64,000 nucleotides of DNA, taken from Nitrospiraceae bacterium. GTDB lineage: Bacteria > Nitrospirota > Nitrospiria > Nitrospirales > Nitrospiraceae. Every line of letters begins with the position of its first letter. The stretch's first letter is position 1. This document shows, in pieces, positions 1 through 9,640 of this stretch. Position numbers and translations under genes: made by a program. The notes under the pieces are model-generated. The model saw only the letters and a program-made list of their open reading frames with translations, was not told the origin of the DNA and did not search any database. The stretch covers positions 10,530 to 74,529 of the forward strand of contig CAKKRE010000028.1 in NCBI GenBank assembly GCA_919902505.1. Direction: 5' to 3'.

Positions 1-307
1 CATCGGGTTTGGTCAGGACCTGATCCGCATCCGTCACCACCACGAGATAGCCCTTGGCCGGCAGCCAGTCCAGATCGGCCAAACATTCTTCGAGGGCATC
101 CCAGTTGTGGCCGAAGTAGTCCGGAAACGAGAAGACCCGGCTGAATTCATCCAGCAGGCCCGCCTTCGTTTTACATTTCTTGCCGGAGATGGTTTTGGTG
201 ACGAAGTGTGCGGGGACGGAGAGAATCTTATCGAGCGCCTCCCCTTCGGCATGCACCAGGAGATGCGCCCAGGGTTTCTTGATCGATTGGAGGGCAATGA
301 GCGACAT
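1..307 (-). CDS. Barstar-family ribonuclease inhibitor (3' end runs off the window)
   Basis: Not in the ORF track. Manual translation from the ATG at 307 gives MSLIALQSIKKPWAHLLVH...KTKAGLLDEFSRVFSFPDYFGHNWDALEECLADLDWLP, the barstar signature. It starts 6 nt after the RNase stop. Confidence 0.9.
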   Translation of the reverse strand, partial: MSLIALQSIKKPWAHLLVHAEGEALDKILSVPAHFVTKTISGKKCKTKAGLLDEFSRVFSFPDYFGHNWDALEECLADLDWLPAKGYLVVVTDADQVLTKPD

Positions 308-313
308 GTAGCC

Positions 314-775
314 TCAATTCATTGGGACAAATGTCCGGTAGTGGTCGGCGGTGTAATAGGATTTGCCGGTGCGTTGATCGATCACGATCCGTTCAGCGCC
401 TCGATTCTTTCCCGGCACCTTGGGACGCACATCGTACTCGCGATAGCGCCCGCGCGGCAGCACGCGTTCGCGATTCTGAAAGGTGCGTCCGCCGACGTAG
501 CCAGGCGGCGGGTCGCCGTGTCGCAACTCAATAGCACTCAGCGTCTCTCGTGCGGCGAGGGGGATGGTTGTCTGGACGCCGCTCGGTGCTGTCCGGGGCC
601 CGGCCCGCACGGTGCCATGCTGTGTCTGCGGCGGCTGGTCAGGAACCGGTGTGAGGATCTGGGGCGGGGCATCGAGACGCGTCTGGCCCGGTTCGGCCGC
701 GAAGGAGGCGCCCAGGGACAGCGCGACTGTGGCGCAGAGCCAAAGGAGAAGCCGTGTGATGCGTCGAATGGACAT
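314..775 (-). CDS. Secreted guanyl-specific ribonuclease (barnase/RNase Sa/N1-T1 family)
   Basis: Signal peptide, Pro-rich linker, then GGRTFQNRERVLP..YREYDV..RGAERIV..YYTADHYRTF with the catalytic Glu, Arg and His. Confidence 0.9.
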   Translation of the reverse strand: MSIRRITRLLLWLCATVALSLGASFAAEPGQTRLDAPPQILTPVPDQPPQTQHGTVRAGPRTAPSGVQTTIPLAARETLSAIELRHGDPPPGYVGGRTFQNRERVLPRGRYREYDVRPKVPGKNRGAERIVIDQRTGKSYYTADHYRTFVPMN

Positions 776-861
776 CGTGATTCGCGACCGGTAGCATCAA
801 CAGAGACGACCCTAACATGTCACATGGGAGGGGTCAACGTGCTACGCCGTCCGATCCTCTC

Positions 862-1030
862 GCCCGGCGGGGCTTTTCTCGTTCGGCCTCCTCGCCGGAC
901 TGCTATGGATGGCGGTATCAAGAACCGGCCGGCTCACCAACTCGCCGGCGCGCACAGACGTGGCGCGATTTATTCATCGCGCCGTGCGCCCTGCGAGAAG
1001 CCCCGGCGGGCTTCGGTCTCGAACGCCTCG
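862..1030. repeat. Intergenic multi-hairpin palindromic element
   Basis: Imperfect inverted repeat 862-881 (gcccggcggggcttttctcg) / 994-1011 (cgagaagccccggcgggc); inner hairpin ggcgcgat..atcgcgcc at 962-983; 1005-1020 is identical to 33366-33381. Confidence 0.6.
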
Positions 1031-1055
1031 CAACGGCATTCACGAATCATCCGAG

Positions 1056-3395
1056 CTAGACCCTTTCGGGGGCCAACTCCGTCCCGTGCATGCGGGTAAA
1101 CAATTCCCAGTCGAACGGTTTGGGCGCGACGGCATGTAGAGGAATCGTTTCGAGCCGGTTGGAATCGTGATACGCCACCATGCACCCGACGATCGTGTCC
1201 GGTTGTTCGACGAGCCGACGGACGGTTTCGTATGCGAGATGTTGCGCGATCATTTTATCTTCCGGCGTCGGGGGAGCACCTCTGAGCGTATGCCCCAGGA
1301 TCGTCGCCTTCGTGGCCGTGGCCAATGCATAATGACCGGACGTCTCTCGACGTGGCGGCCAGGTTGCGATGGTGTTGGCCACATAATCCACCAGCCCATG
1401 GACGCCGCCTTCTTTGTGATGCCGGTGCGGGGTCCGTTCCGCCACGATAAAGATGTGGCTCTTGTTGGGCACCCCCAAGGTACGCTTCAACGTGCCCAGG
1501 ACAATCTCCTCAATGTAGGCATCCGGGTCGGGGTGTTCGTTCACGAGGATCCCTTCCGCTCGGGCCTGATACGCGCAGGCCAGGGCCAGGTGGCCCGACC
1601 CGGCGCCCATGACTTCTACGAAAAAGATGCTGCCCATGGCCGCGCTGGTCGCCTTGAGGGATTCAATGGATTGATTCGCCAGCGCGATGGCCGAATGAAA
1701 GCCCAGTGAGGTCGTGCCGGCGATGTTGTTGTCGATGGTGCCGGGAATGCCGACGACCTGCACCCCGTAGGTCTCGTGAATCGCCCGGGCGCCGCGCAGG
1801 CTGCCGTCGCCTCCCAGCACTACGAGCGCCGAGTCTGCGAGATAGGGCGCAAGGGACCGCATGGCGGCCCGTTGGACCTCCTCGTCTTTGAAATCTTCGA
1901 AACGGCTGCTGCCGATGGGGCTACTGGCATGGCTGCCCATGCCGCGTGTGTCTTCTTCCGTGACGGGATCGATCCAGTTGTTTGCCAGCCCCAGAAAGCC
2001 GTGCCGGACGAACAAGACCTCCAAGCCGAAGCGGTTCCCGGTCACGCGCAATTCTTTCAACGCCGCCCCGCCGCCGCCGAAATCACCGCCCGACACGAGA
2101 GCCAGGAGGCGCTTGATGCGTTGGGGCTTGAGTGTGACGCGTTGGCTCCGCTCCCGCTCGACCGTGACCCAGGCTTCGCGGGCGACCCGTTCGCTTTCAA
2201 TCAGGCCGACGGCCGTGGAGTAGCCGGACAGTTTGCCGTTCTCCAGCGTGAGGAGGACGACATTGTCCTGTCCCTCCTTGTATTCGCCGAATTCGGAAAA
2301 CGCTTCGCGGAACGGACGCGGGTCCAGATAGATCCGCAACGCGCGCAGAGTCGAACTGTGGGTATAGAGGCAGAGCACTTCTCCGGGGTGGGCACGGCCC
2401 AGCCGGTGCAGGCCGTCGATCACATCGATATAGAGGTCGAAGAACGAATGCCCGCCCGGATAACTATAGAAGGGATGTTTGATGAGCCGCTTGGCGGTTT
2501 TCGCATCGACACCGAAGGCCTGCGCCGCCGAGTCGATCTCCGCCTGCTTTTCCATACCGGTGACCCAGCCGAAATCCTGTGACTCCAACGTGGCCTCGAC
2601 ATGGGGATGGACGGCATCGGCCCGATCGGGAGTCAGTGCTTTCGTGATACGCCGGCAGAGTTGTTCCGTGTTCGGACTGTGGCTGATGAGGTGAAGGAAC
2701 GTGCGCGGATCCAGATAGTTGCGCAACTGCAGATAGCCCAGTTGTTGTCCGACGACGCCCACCATGCGAGCCAGCGCCGTGCCGACGGCCTCTGCCCTGG
2801 GTATCCCGCGTTCGGCATCCAGGACATTGGCCAGCCGCCGGCCCACTCGATGGGTCTTGCTCTCCACTTCCGAGACGCCATGGCGCATCGTGAGAAACAG
2901 CGTGCGGTCGCCGAGGTCGCGGGGAAGCAGCCAGAACCGGTCATCACCCAGATCCAGCACAATGCGGCCCTCGGCCAACTGTGGGGTCAACTGAGCGCGC
3001 GGCACGATGGCGACCGGGCGGCGATGCGCAGGCTTCTGCGTGGCGCCGATCGGGGATCGATACAACGGGGCGAGTTCTCCGCGCGCGAGCAGCAGATTCC
3101 ATGCGGCGAAGAAGACCAGCGGGTCGCCTCCGCAGGCGTCGGTTATGACTGCCTGGCGTGCGGTGCGATAGGCCTCGGCGCTGGGCAGACCGGCCTGCGT
3201 CTGCTGGATGAAGGTTCTGATCCGGCCGGTCGCCTCCTCGGCGCGCGGTAGCCGGTCGGAAGCAGGCGGGGGGGAAGGCGGCAGCACGAACCTGTCGCTC
3301 GATGTGCGTTGCGCGAGGGCCTCACCGTAGGCCAGTAAGCCTTGCATCGTGACAAAGTCCAACTGTTCGGTTGACTGACTGTCCGAAGCGCGCAT
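1056..3395 (-). CDS. pfkA: Fusion of a histidine-phosphatase (PGM-like) domain and a divergent PfkA-family 6-phosphofructokinase domain
   Basis: N-terminal half has MRHG, QDFGW, PGGHSF and YTHSSTLRAL; C-terminal half has SGGD, GSSRF, GGDGS, PGTIDNN, VEVMG and GHTLRG. Confidence 0.85.
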   Translation of the reverse strand: MRASDSQSTEQLDFVTMQGLLAYGEALAQRTSSDRFVLPPSPPPASDRLPRAEEATGRIRTFIQQTQAGLPSAEAYRTARQAVITDACGGDPLVFFAAWNLLLARGELAPLYRSPIGATQKPAHRRPVAIVPRAQLTPQLAEGRIVLDLGDDRFWLLPRDLGDRTLFLTMRHGVSEVESKTHRVGRRLANVLDAERGIPRAEAVGTALARMVGVVGQQLGYLQLRNYLDPRTFLHLISHSPNTEQLCRRITKALTPDRADAVHPHVEATLESQDFGWVTGMEKQAEIDSAAQAFGVDAKTAKRLIKHPFYSYPGGHSFFDLYIDVIDGLHRLGRAHPGEVLCLYTHSSTLRALRIYLDPRPFREAFSEFGEYKEGQDNVVLLTLENGKLSGYSTAVGLIESERVAREAWVTVERERSQRVTLKPQRIKRLLALVSGGDFGGGGAALKELRVTGNRFGLEVLFVRHGFLGLANNWIDPVTEEDTRGMGSHASSPIGSSRFEDFKDEEVQRAAMRSLAPYLADSALVVLGGDGSLRGARAIHETYGVQVVGIPGTIDNNIAGTTSLGFHSAIALANQSIESLKATSAAMGSIFFVEVMGAGSGHLALACAYQARAEGILVNEHPDPDAYIEEIVLGTLKRTLGVPNKSHIFIVAERTPHRHHKEGGVHGLVDYVANTIATWPPRRETSGHYALATATKATILGHTLRGAPPTPEDKMIAQHLAYETVRRLVEQPDTIVGCMVAYHDSNRLETIPLHAVAPKPFDWELFTRMHGTELAPERV

Positions 3396-3581
3396 GCGTG
3401 GCCTCGTGTGCTGGTTCGTGAGTGCGGTCTAATCGAAAAGTATCTGGATGTTCTTTTGCGGCATGGTGACGGGTTTGTTAGAATGACTCGTTGCCGACCT
3501 AATCACGGATGCATCGAGCCTCACCGTTCACGTACAAGATGGTGTGCCGGGCCGATCTTGTCAAGACAGAAGAACAGCGCC

Positions 3582-5033
3582 ATGCGAAAAGCGAAAATCG
3601 TCTGCACCATCGGTCCGGCGAGCGATGGCGCCGTCGTGCTCGACCAGCTCATTCGAAGCGGCATGGATGCGGCCCGTTTGAATTTTTCCCATGGCACGCA
3701 CGACTCGCATGGGCGGGCGATCAAGACGATTCGCGACACGGCCGATCGTCACGGGGTGGCGATTGCGATCATTCAGGATCTGCAAGGGCCGCGCATTCGC
3801 GTCGGCGAAATCGACGGCGCGCTGGAGCTCATCGCCGGTCAGCGCGTTCGACTGAGGACGATGTCCTTACGATCCGGCGGGCAGATCGGTGCCAGGACGG
3901 TGATCGCCGCGGGTACGGTGCAGGATATCCCCGTCACCTATCAGGCACTGACCAGGGACATTCGGCCCGGGGCCAAAATACTGATCGACGATGGACTGGT
4001 GGAATTGACGGCGGATCGAATCGTCGATGGTGCGGTAGAGTGTACCGTGGTGGCAGGCGGACGTGTGACGTCTCATAAGGGGATGAATCTGCCCGGCACG
4101 GTCGTGAGCGCTCCGACCCTGACGGAGAAAGACCGGGAAGATGTGCGGTTCGGCGTGGCGCAGGGCGTGGACTATATCGCATTATCCTTTGTCCGTGGAG
4201 CGCAGGACATCATGGCCGCCAAGGAATTGATTGCCGAATGCGGCGGCGACGTGCCGGTGATCGCCAAGATCGAGCGGCAGGAGGCCGTCACGGACTTGGA
4301 GGCCATTCTCGTTCACGCCGACGGGGTCATGGTGGCGCGGGGCGACTTGGGCGTCGAGTTGGGGCCGGAAGCCGTGCCGGTGCTGCAGAAGCGCATCATC
4401 GCGACGGCGAATCGCCAACGACGGCTGGTGATCACCGCGACGCAGATGCTCGAGTCCATGACGCAACATCTGCGGCCGACCAGGGCGGAAGCGTCGGATG
4501 TGGCCAATGCCGTGTTCGATGGCACCGATGCCGTGATGCTCTCCGCCGAAACGGCCGTCGGACAGTACCCGGTGGAAGTCGTGCAGGTGATGGATCGGAT
4601 CATACGGGCGGCCGAAGTCGAAACAGGGCCCTGTTTTGTCCGTCGCTCGCAGGGCGAGCAGGGGCAGGATTCCATTCCGGAAGCCATCTCGCTCTCGGCC
4701 TACTCGGCTGCCGCGACGATCGGTGCGAGTGCGATCGTGGCCTTCAGTGAACGGGGAACGACGGCCCGGCTGGTTTCCAAGCAACGCCCGGTCGCGCCGA
4801 TCATCGGATTGACGCCGTTCGAGACGGTCCGCCGGCAGATGGCCTTGTATTGGGGGGTGCTTCCCCACACCGTGCCACAGATTCCGACGACCGATGAGCG
4901 GGTCAACGAAGCTGAGCGGCGCTTGAAGGCTGAAGGACTGGCACGGAGCGGGCAACGCATCGTCATTCTGTCCGGGACCAGAATCGGGCAACCGGGCGGG
5001 ACGAATCTGATGAAATTGCATGAGGTGGCCTAG
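3582..5033 (+). CDS. pyk: Pyruvate kinase
   Basis: MRKAKIVCTIGP, ARLNFSHG, DLQGP, AKIER, MVARGDLG, TQMLESM, PTRAEASDVANAVFDGTDAVMLS; start moved from 3408 to 3582. Confidence 0.97.
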   Translation: MRKAKIVCTIGPASDGAVVLDQLIRSGMDAARLNFSHGTHDSHGRAIKTIRDTADRHGVAIAIIQDLQGPRIRVGEIDGALELIAGQRVRLRTMSLRSGGQIGARTVIAAGTVQDIPVTYQALTRDIRPGAKILIDDGLVELTADRIVDGAVECTVVAGGRVTSHKGMNLPGTVVSAPTLTEKDREDVRFGVAQGVDYIALSFVRGAQDIMAAKELIAECGGDVPVIAKIERQEAVTDLEAILVHADGVMVARGDLGVELGPEAVPVLQKRIIATANRQRRLVITATQMLESMTQHLRPTRAEASDVANAVFDGTDAVMLSAETAVGQYPVEVVQVMDRIIRAAEVETGPCFVRRSQGEQGQDSIPEAISLSAYSAAATIGASAIVAFSERGTTARLVSKQRPVAPIIGLTPFETVRRQMALYWGVLPHTVPQIPTTDERVNEAERRLKAEGLARSGQRIVILSGTRIGQPGGTNLMKLHEVA

Positions 5034-5037
5034 TCGC

Positions 5038-5601
5038 ATGGACATTCCACGGCACAGTGTAATTATCACGTTCATCGCGGCGGTGCTTCTGCTGTCGGCC
5101 TCTGCGATTCCGGGCTTGGCTCAAACCAATGCCGTCTCGCATTCTCCGGCGAAGGTGGTGGAGAAATACTTCGCGCTCGACAACAAGGGGGTGCGGCTCG
5201 ATGCCGGTTCCTTCGAGGCGGTGGCGGGCCTCGTGGATTGGAAGGAAGAGCCGGCCTGGGGCAAAGTCATCGTCATCAACGGCTTCACGGTGCCGGACGA
5301 TTTTCGCCAGTGGGAGATTGTGAACAGGCTGGAGGTGTTGGTGCCGGTGGAGTTTCATGTGTTGGGCGTCATGTATCTGGATACGGCCGGGTTTGTGCCG
5401 GAACCGGGCACGGAGCAGGTGCGTGTCCGCGTGAAGGTGCAGGGGGCACGATGGAAAATCATGGAGCCCATTCTCCCGCCCCATGTCGGCCAGAAGCGGA
5501 TGCTGAATGTGGTCCGGCAGGCCATGCTGGACGAGAAGGACGGAGTGCGCCACGAGTCGTTGGCGGCCTTGCAGGCCGAGTTGCGAAAGGCAAAAGAATG
5601 A
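5038..5601 (+). CDS. Exported hypothetical protein
   Basis: Signal peptide (VIITFIAAVLLLSASA); 4 nt after the pyk stop; stop overlaps the next start (ATGA). Confidence 0.75.
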   Translation: MDIPRHSVIITFIAAVLLLSASAIPGLAQTNAVSHSPAKVVEKYFALDNKGVRLDAGSFEAVAGLVDWKEEPAWGKVIVINGFTVPDDFRQWEIVNRLEVLVPVEFHVLGVMYLDTAGFVPEPGTEQVRVRVKVQGARWKIMEPILPPHVGQKRMLNVVRQAMLDEKDGVRHESLAALQAELRKAKE

Positions 5602-6248
5602 CGAAAAAGGCTGAGATCGATTTGCTCATTTTCGACCTCGACGGCACGTTGATCGAGTCGAAATGGGATATCGCCGACAGCGTCAATCTGACGTTGCGCG
5701 ATCTGGGTGTGCCGGAGCGCCCGCAGGAGGAAATTTTCGGATTCGTCGGCGACGGTGTGAAGAAGCTCTTGCGGCTGGCGGTCGGCGAAGGCAACAAGGA
5801 CTTGTACGATGAAGCGCTCCGGGTCTTTCGCGGACATTATCTGGAACATTGCCTGGATCGCACCTCGTTTTATCCGGGGATCGACCGGGTCCTCGCCCAT
5901 TTCTCCGCCATGCCCAAGGCCGTGGCGACCAATAAGGCGATCGAATATACCCACGTGATTTTGAAGGGCCTCGGCTCGCAACATTTTGTCTATGTGGTCG
6001 GCGGCGACAACGGGTTCGGTCTCAAGCCCGAGCCCGGTATGCTGGTGCATGTGATGGAACAACTCGGCGTCGAGAAGGACCGCACGGTGCTGGTCGGCGA
6101 CAGCACCAACGACATCAACGGCGGTCACAATGCAGGCATCCGGGTCTGTGCGGTGGGCTATGGCATGGGCAACCGTCAGAAGATGGCCGCCTGCCAGCCC
6201 GATTGGTTTATTGAACGACCGGAGGAACTGATGGAGCTTTTCCTATGA
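5598..6248 (+). CDS. HAD-family hydrolase, phosphoglycolate phosphatase-like
   Basis: FDLDGTL motif I, ATNK, KPEP and VGDSTND motifs; start re-chosen at the ATGA overlap. Confidence 0.9.
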   Translation: MTKKAEIDLLIFDLDGTLIESKWDIADSVNLTLRDLGVPERPQEEIFGFVGDGVKKLLRLAVGEGNKDLYDEALRVFRGHYLEHCLDRTSFYPGIDRVLAHFSAMPKAVATNKAIEYTHVILKGLGSQHFVYVVGGDNGFGLKPEPGMLVHVMEQLGVEKDRTVLVGDSTNDINGGHNAGIRVCAVGYGMGNRQKMAACQPDWFIERPEELMELFL

Positions 6249-7810
6249 TCAGCATCACAGGGGCGAGAACAATTGGAGTGCTTATCCTGGCCGCAGTGCT
6301 TGCGGCAGCCGTGCCGGGTCAGGCCGGGTCCCCGAGCCTGGCCGACCGGGTCATCGAGCATAAGCTTGCCAACGGGATGACCGTCTTGATGGTGGAACGG
6401 CACCAGGCCCCGATTGTCAGCGTCAACATGACGTTTGGAGTCGGCGGTGTGAATGAGCAGGTCGGCCAGACCGGCCTGGCGCATCTGTATGAACATATGG
6501 CGTTCAAGGGCACCCGGACGGTCGGCACGCGAGATTACGAGCGCGAGCAAGCCGTCTTGGACGATTTGGCCATGGTCGGCACCGAACTCGACCGGCGTGA
6601 ACGCGAAGAGACGGCTCGCGCGCAGGCTGATGGCAAACCGCCGGTTCCGTCGCAGACGGTCCAGCAACTGCAGCGGCGTTTCAAAGAGCTGCAGGAGAAG
6701 GCGGGCGAGTATGTGGTGGGCAATGAGATGGCGTTGCTCTATCAGCGTCACGGCGGCGTCGGTCTCAATGCTTCGACCGGCAAAGACATCACACGCTACG
6801 TCATCAGTCTGCCGGCGAACCGGTTGCCGCTCTGGGCGGCGCTGGAGTCGGACCGGATGGCGCATCCGGTCCTGCGCGAGTTTTATAAGGAGCGGGGTGT
6901 GGTGATGGAGGAGCGGCGGCTCCGCACCGACGATAGTCCGAACGGCCTGCTCTATGAAACATTCACCTCCACCGCGTTCCAGGCGCATCAATACGGCGTG
7001 CCGACCATCGGCTGGGGATCGGACATCCTGGCCCTCACGCCGGCGGCGACAGAGGCGTTCTTCAAGACCTATTACGGACCGAACAACGCGACGGTGGCGA
7101 TTGTCGGGGACATCAATCCGAAAGAAGTCATTGCGCTGATCGAGCAGACCTTCGGGAAAATTCCGGCTGCGCCGCCCATTCCATCCCTGGTGACGGAGGA
7201 GCCTCCGCAGCGCGGTGAGCGACGCGTCGAAATCGAATTCGATGCCGAACCCGCGTTGGCGATCGGCTACCACAAGCCCACCATCGGTCATCCCGACGAT
7301 TTTGTGTTCGACGTGATCGACGAAGTGTTGACCGAAGGCGTGACGTCCCGGCTTTATAGCACGCTCGTGCGCGACAAGCGGCTGGCGGCCTCAGTGTTGT
7401 CCGATACGAATTATCCCGGCGTCCGCGCCCCGAACCTCTTCGTCATTGCGGCGACCCCGCTCGCGCCCCATACCACGGCGGAGGTGGAGTCGGCGACTTA
7501 CGAGGAACTCGATCGGCTGAAGACCGAGCCGATTTCGGCCAAGGAGTTCGAGCGGGTGCTCAATGGACTCGATGCAGACCTGGTGCGATCGTTGCGTTCC
7601 AATAGCGGATTGGCCTCGCAGCTGGCGTTTTATCACACCGTGGCCGGGACGTGGCGGTATGTGCTGAACGCGCGCGACCGGATTGCGGCCGTCACTCCGG
7701 CTGATGTGCAGCGGGTTGCTGCCCAGTATTTGACGAAGCCGAACCGGACGGTCGGTGTCCTGGTCAAGAAGGCGCAAGACAAGAAAATGGCGGCTGAGGT
7801 GGCCCGATGA
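6245..7810 (+). CDS. M16 (insulinase/pitrilysin) zinc peptidase, catalytic subunit
   Basis: Signal peptide; inverted zinc motif HLYEH (HxxEH); NASTGKDIT; ERGVVMEERR. Confidence 0.92.
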   Translation: MISITGARTIGVLILAAVLAAAVPGQAGSPSLADRVIEHKLANGMTVLMVERHQAPIVSVNMTFGVGGVNEQVGQTGLAHLYEHMAFKGTRTVGTRDYEREQAVLDDLAMVGTELDRREREETARAQADGKPPVPSQTVQQLQRRFKELQEKAGEYVVGNEMALLYQRHGGVGLNASTGKDITRYVISLPANRLPLWAALESDRMAHPVLREFYKERGVVMEERRLRTDDSPNGLLYETFTSTAFQAHQYGVPTIGWGSDILALTPAATEAFFKTYYGPNNATVAIVGDINPKEVIALIEQTFGKIPAAPPIPSLVTEEPPQRGERRVEIEFDAEPALAIGYHKPTIGHPDDFVFDVIDEVLTEGVTSRLYSTLVRDKRLAASVLSDTNYPGVRAPNLFVIAATPLAPHTTAEVESATYEELDRLKTEPISAKEFERVLNGLDADLVRSLRSNSGLASQLAFYHTVAGTWRYVLNARDRIAAVTPADVQRVAAQYLTKPNRTVGVLVKKAQDKKMAAEVAR

Positions 7811-7866
7811 GAAGCGTGAGCCCTGAAGTGTCTCTCGTGAAACGTGAAGATGGCGGAGGACGTCGA

Positions 7867-9315
7867 ATGAGAACAGACAGAGGATGGGTGTCGGTCCTGG
7901 CGATGGTCTTGGCGATCGTCCTGCAGGCGACGGTGGGCTGGGCGGCGGACCTGACGTCGAACGATCCTCGCACAATGCGGTTTCCAACGGTGGAGTTTAA
8001 CCCGCCGGATGCGGAGCGTGTGGTGCTGGACAACGGCATGGTGGTCTATCTACTCGAAGATCACGAACTCCCGTTGGTAACCATCAACGCCACGCTCAGA
8101 ACCGGCAGCTGGCTGGACCCGGCGGACAAGGTTGGACTGGCGGGCATGACCGGGGCGGTGATGCGCACGGGTGGTTCGGCCGGAATGTCGCCCGATGAAG
8201 TCGATGAAGAGCTCGAACAATTGGCTGCGTCGATGTCGATCGGATTTGCGAAAGAGTCCGGGTCGGCGTCTCTCGATGTACTGAAGAAAGATCTGAAGCG
8301 CGGGCTGCAGATTTTCGCCGATCTGTTGCGACGGCCGGCGTTCGAGCAGAGCCGGGTGGAGTTGGCGAAATTGCAGGCGCTGGAAGGCATCAGGCGGCGG
8401 CAGGACAGTCCCGGCTCGATCGTCGGGCGGGAATTTGCCAAGCTGCTCTACGGCCCGACTCATCCGAGCGCCCGTGAAACGTCGGTTCGTTCGATCGATG
8501 GGATCACCCGTGAAGATCTGGTGGCGTTTCATCGACAGACCGTGCATCCCAACGGCATCATCCTCGGCGTGACCGGCGATTTCGAGAAGGCCGACATGCT
8601 GGCTCTGTTGCGTGATGCGTTCGGCGATTGGGCCAAAGGCAGCGTGCCCCCAGTGACGATTCCCGCGGTGTCCGGGACCGATGCCAACACCGGCCTCGTG
8701 CGGTTCGTGAACAAAGACACGTCGCAGACGCACCTGCGGGTGGGGCATCTGACCATCAAGGAGACCGACCCCGACTATGTGGCGGTCGCGATTGCCAATG
8801 ACATTCTGGGCGGCAGTTCGTTCCGCAGCCGGCTCTTCAACGACGTGCGGACGCAGCGCGGCCTGGCCTATTCCGTCGGCAGCGGTCTTCGGGCCAGTGT
8901 GTACGATGAAGGCGTCTGGCTGATGCGTGCCGAAACCAAGCTGTCCTCGACTCAAGAGGTGGTGAATCGCTTCGTGGCCAACATGGAACGGATGCGCAAT
9001 GAACCGGTGACCGACACCGAATTGGAAGAAGCGAAGGAAGCCTATGTGAACTCGTTTGTGTTCTCGTTCACCAGCGCGTCGAGTATTGTGGGGCGCTTGA
9101 TGGATCTTGAATACGACGGGTTGCCGAAAGATTGGCTGCAGCAGATCCGCGACAGGGTAGTGAAGCTGACGAAAGAGGATATTCAACGGGCGGCGAAGGC
9201 CCATTTTAATCCCGAGCGGTTGCGGATTTTGGCCGTCGGGTCCGGCGAGGCCCTGTCGAAAGTGCTGGGCAGTTTCGGCGAGGTGAAGGAAATTACGCTG
9301 GTACCGGAGAGTTGA
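7867..9315 (+). CDS. M16 peptidase-like non-catalytic partner subunit
   Basis: M16 fold motifs (ILGGSSFRSRLFNDVRTQRGLAYSV) with no HxxEH; tandem with the catalytic subunit. Confidence 0.88.
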   Translation: MRTDRGWVSVLAMVLAIVLQATVGWAADLTSNDPRTMRFPTVEFNPPDAERVVLDNGMVVYLLEDHELPLVTINATLRTGSWLDPADKVGLAGMTGAVMRTGGSAGMSPDEVDEELEQLAASMSIGFAKESGSASLDVLKKDLKRGLQIFADLLRRPAFEQSRVELAKLQALEGIRRRQDSPGSIVGREFAKLLYGPTHPSARETSVRSIDGITREDLVAFHRQTVHPNGIILGVTGDFEKADMLALLRDAFGDWAKGSVPPVTIPAVSGTDANTGLVRFVNKDTSQTHLRVGHLTIKETDPDYVAVAIANDILGGSSFRSRLFNDVRTQRGLAYSVGSGLRASVYDEGVWLMRAETKLSSTQEVVNRFVANMERMRNEPVTDTELEEAKEAYVNSFVFSFTSASSIVGRLMDLEYDGLPKDWLQQIRDRVVKLTKEDIQRAAKAHFNPERLRILAVGSGEALSKVLGSFGEVKEITLVPES

Positions 9316-9318
9316 GGG

Positions 9319-9412
9319 GCAGGCAGATCGAGTGGCTCTTTGCTCGCGCAGCGCGCGGCCTATGAAGGCCCTCGTTGGACGCGCGTAGTCAGAGCCACCA
9401 CGACCTGCCTGC
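9319..9412. repeat. Intergenic palindromic element
   Basis: Imperfect arms gcaggcagatcgagtggctct (9319-9339) / agagccaccacgacctgcctgc (9391-9412) enclosing GC-rich inner stems, directly after a stop codon. Confidence 0.6.
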
Positions 9413-9640
9413 TGGAGTGGCGAGGTGTAAGACGGTGTTCGTTCGACGCCTGCCTCGAAGTCTCAGGGGTGGTGGTCGGAAGCGTTGAATCTAGGAGCCT
9501 GTCCGACATTAGGAAACACGAAAATTTCGACGCGCACATTTGGCTCAGGATCAACGATCTCGCTTCGGTCAATATGATTTCATCCCCCCAAATCGGTCCT
9601 TTTCGGCAATGTCGGACAGGCTCCTAGGCCGGAGATTCCC

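Noticed and set aside
107-1099. 330-aa plus-strand ORF
   Set aside because: It is the antisense shadow of the barstar and RNase genes plus a repeat, with no motifs
3408-3581. 58-aa N-terminal extension of pyruvate kinase
   Set aside because: Family homology starts at MRKAKIVCT (3582); the extension is divergent-promoter DNA
7835-7850. cgtgaaa-cgtgaag heptamer pair
   Set aside because: Only two units; too short to call a repeat array
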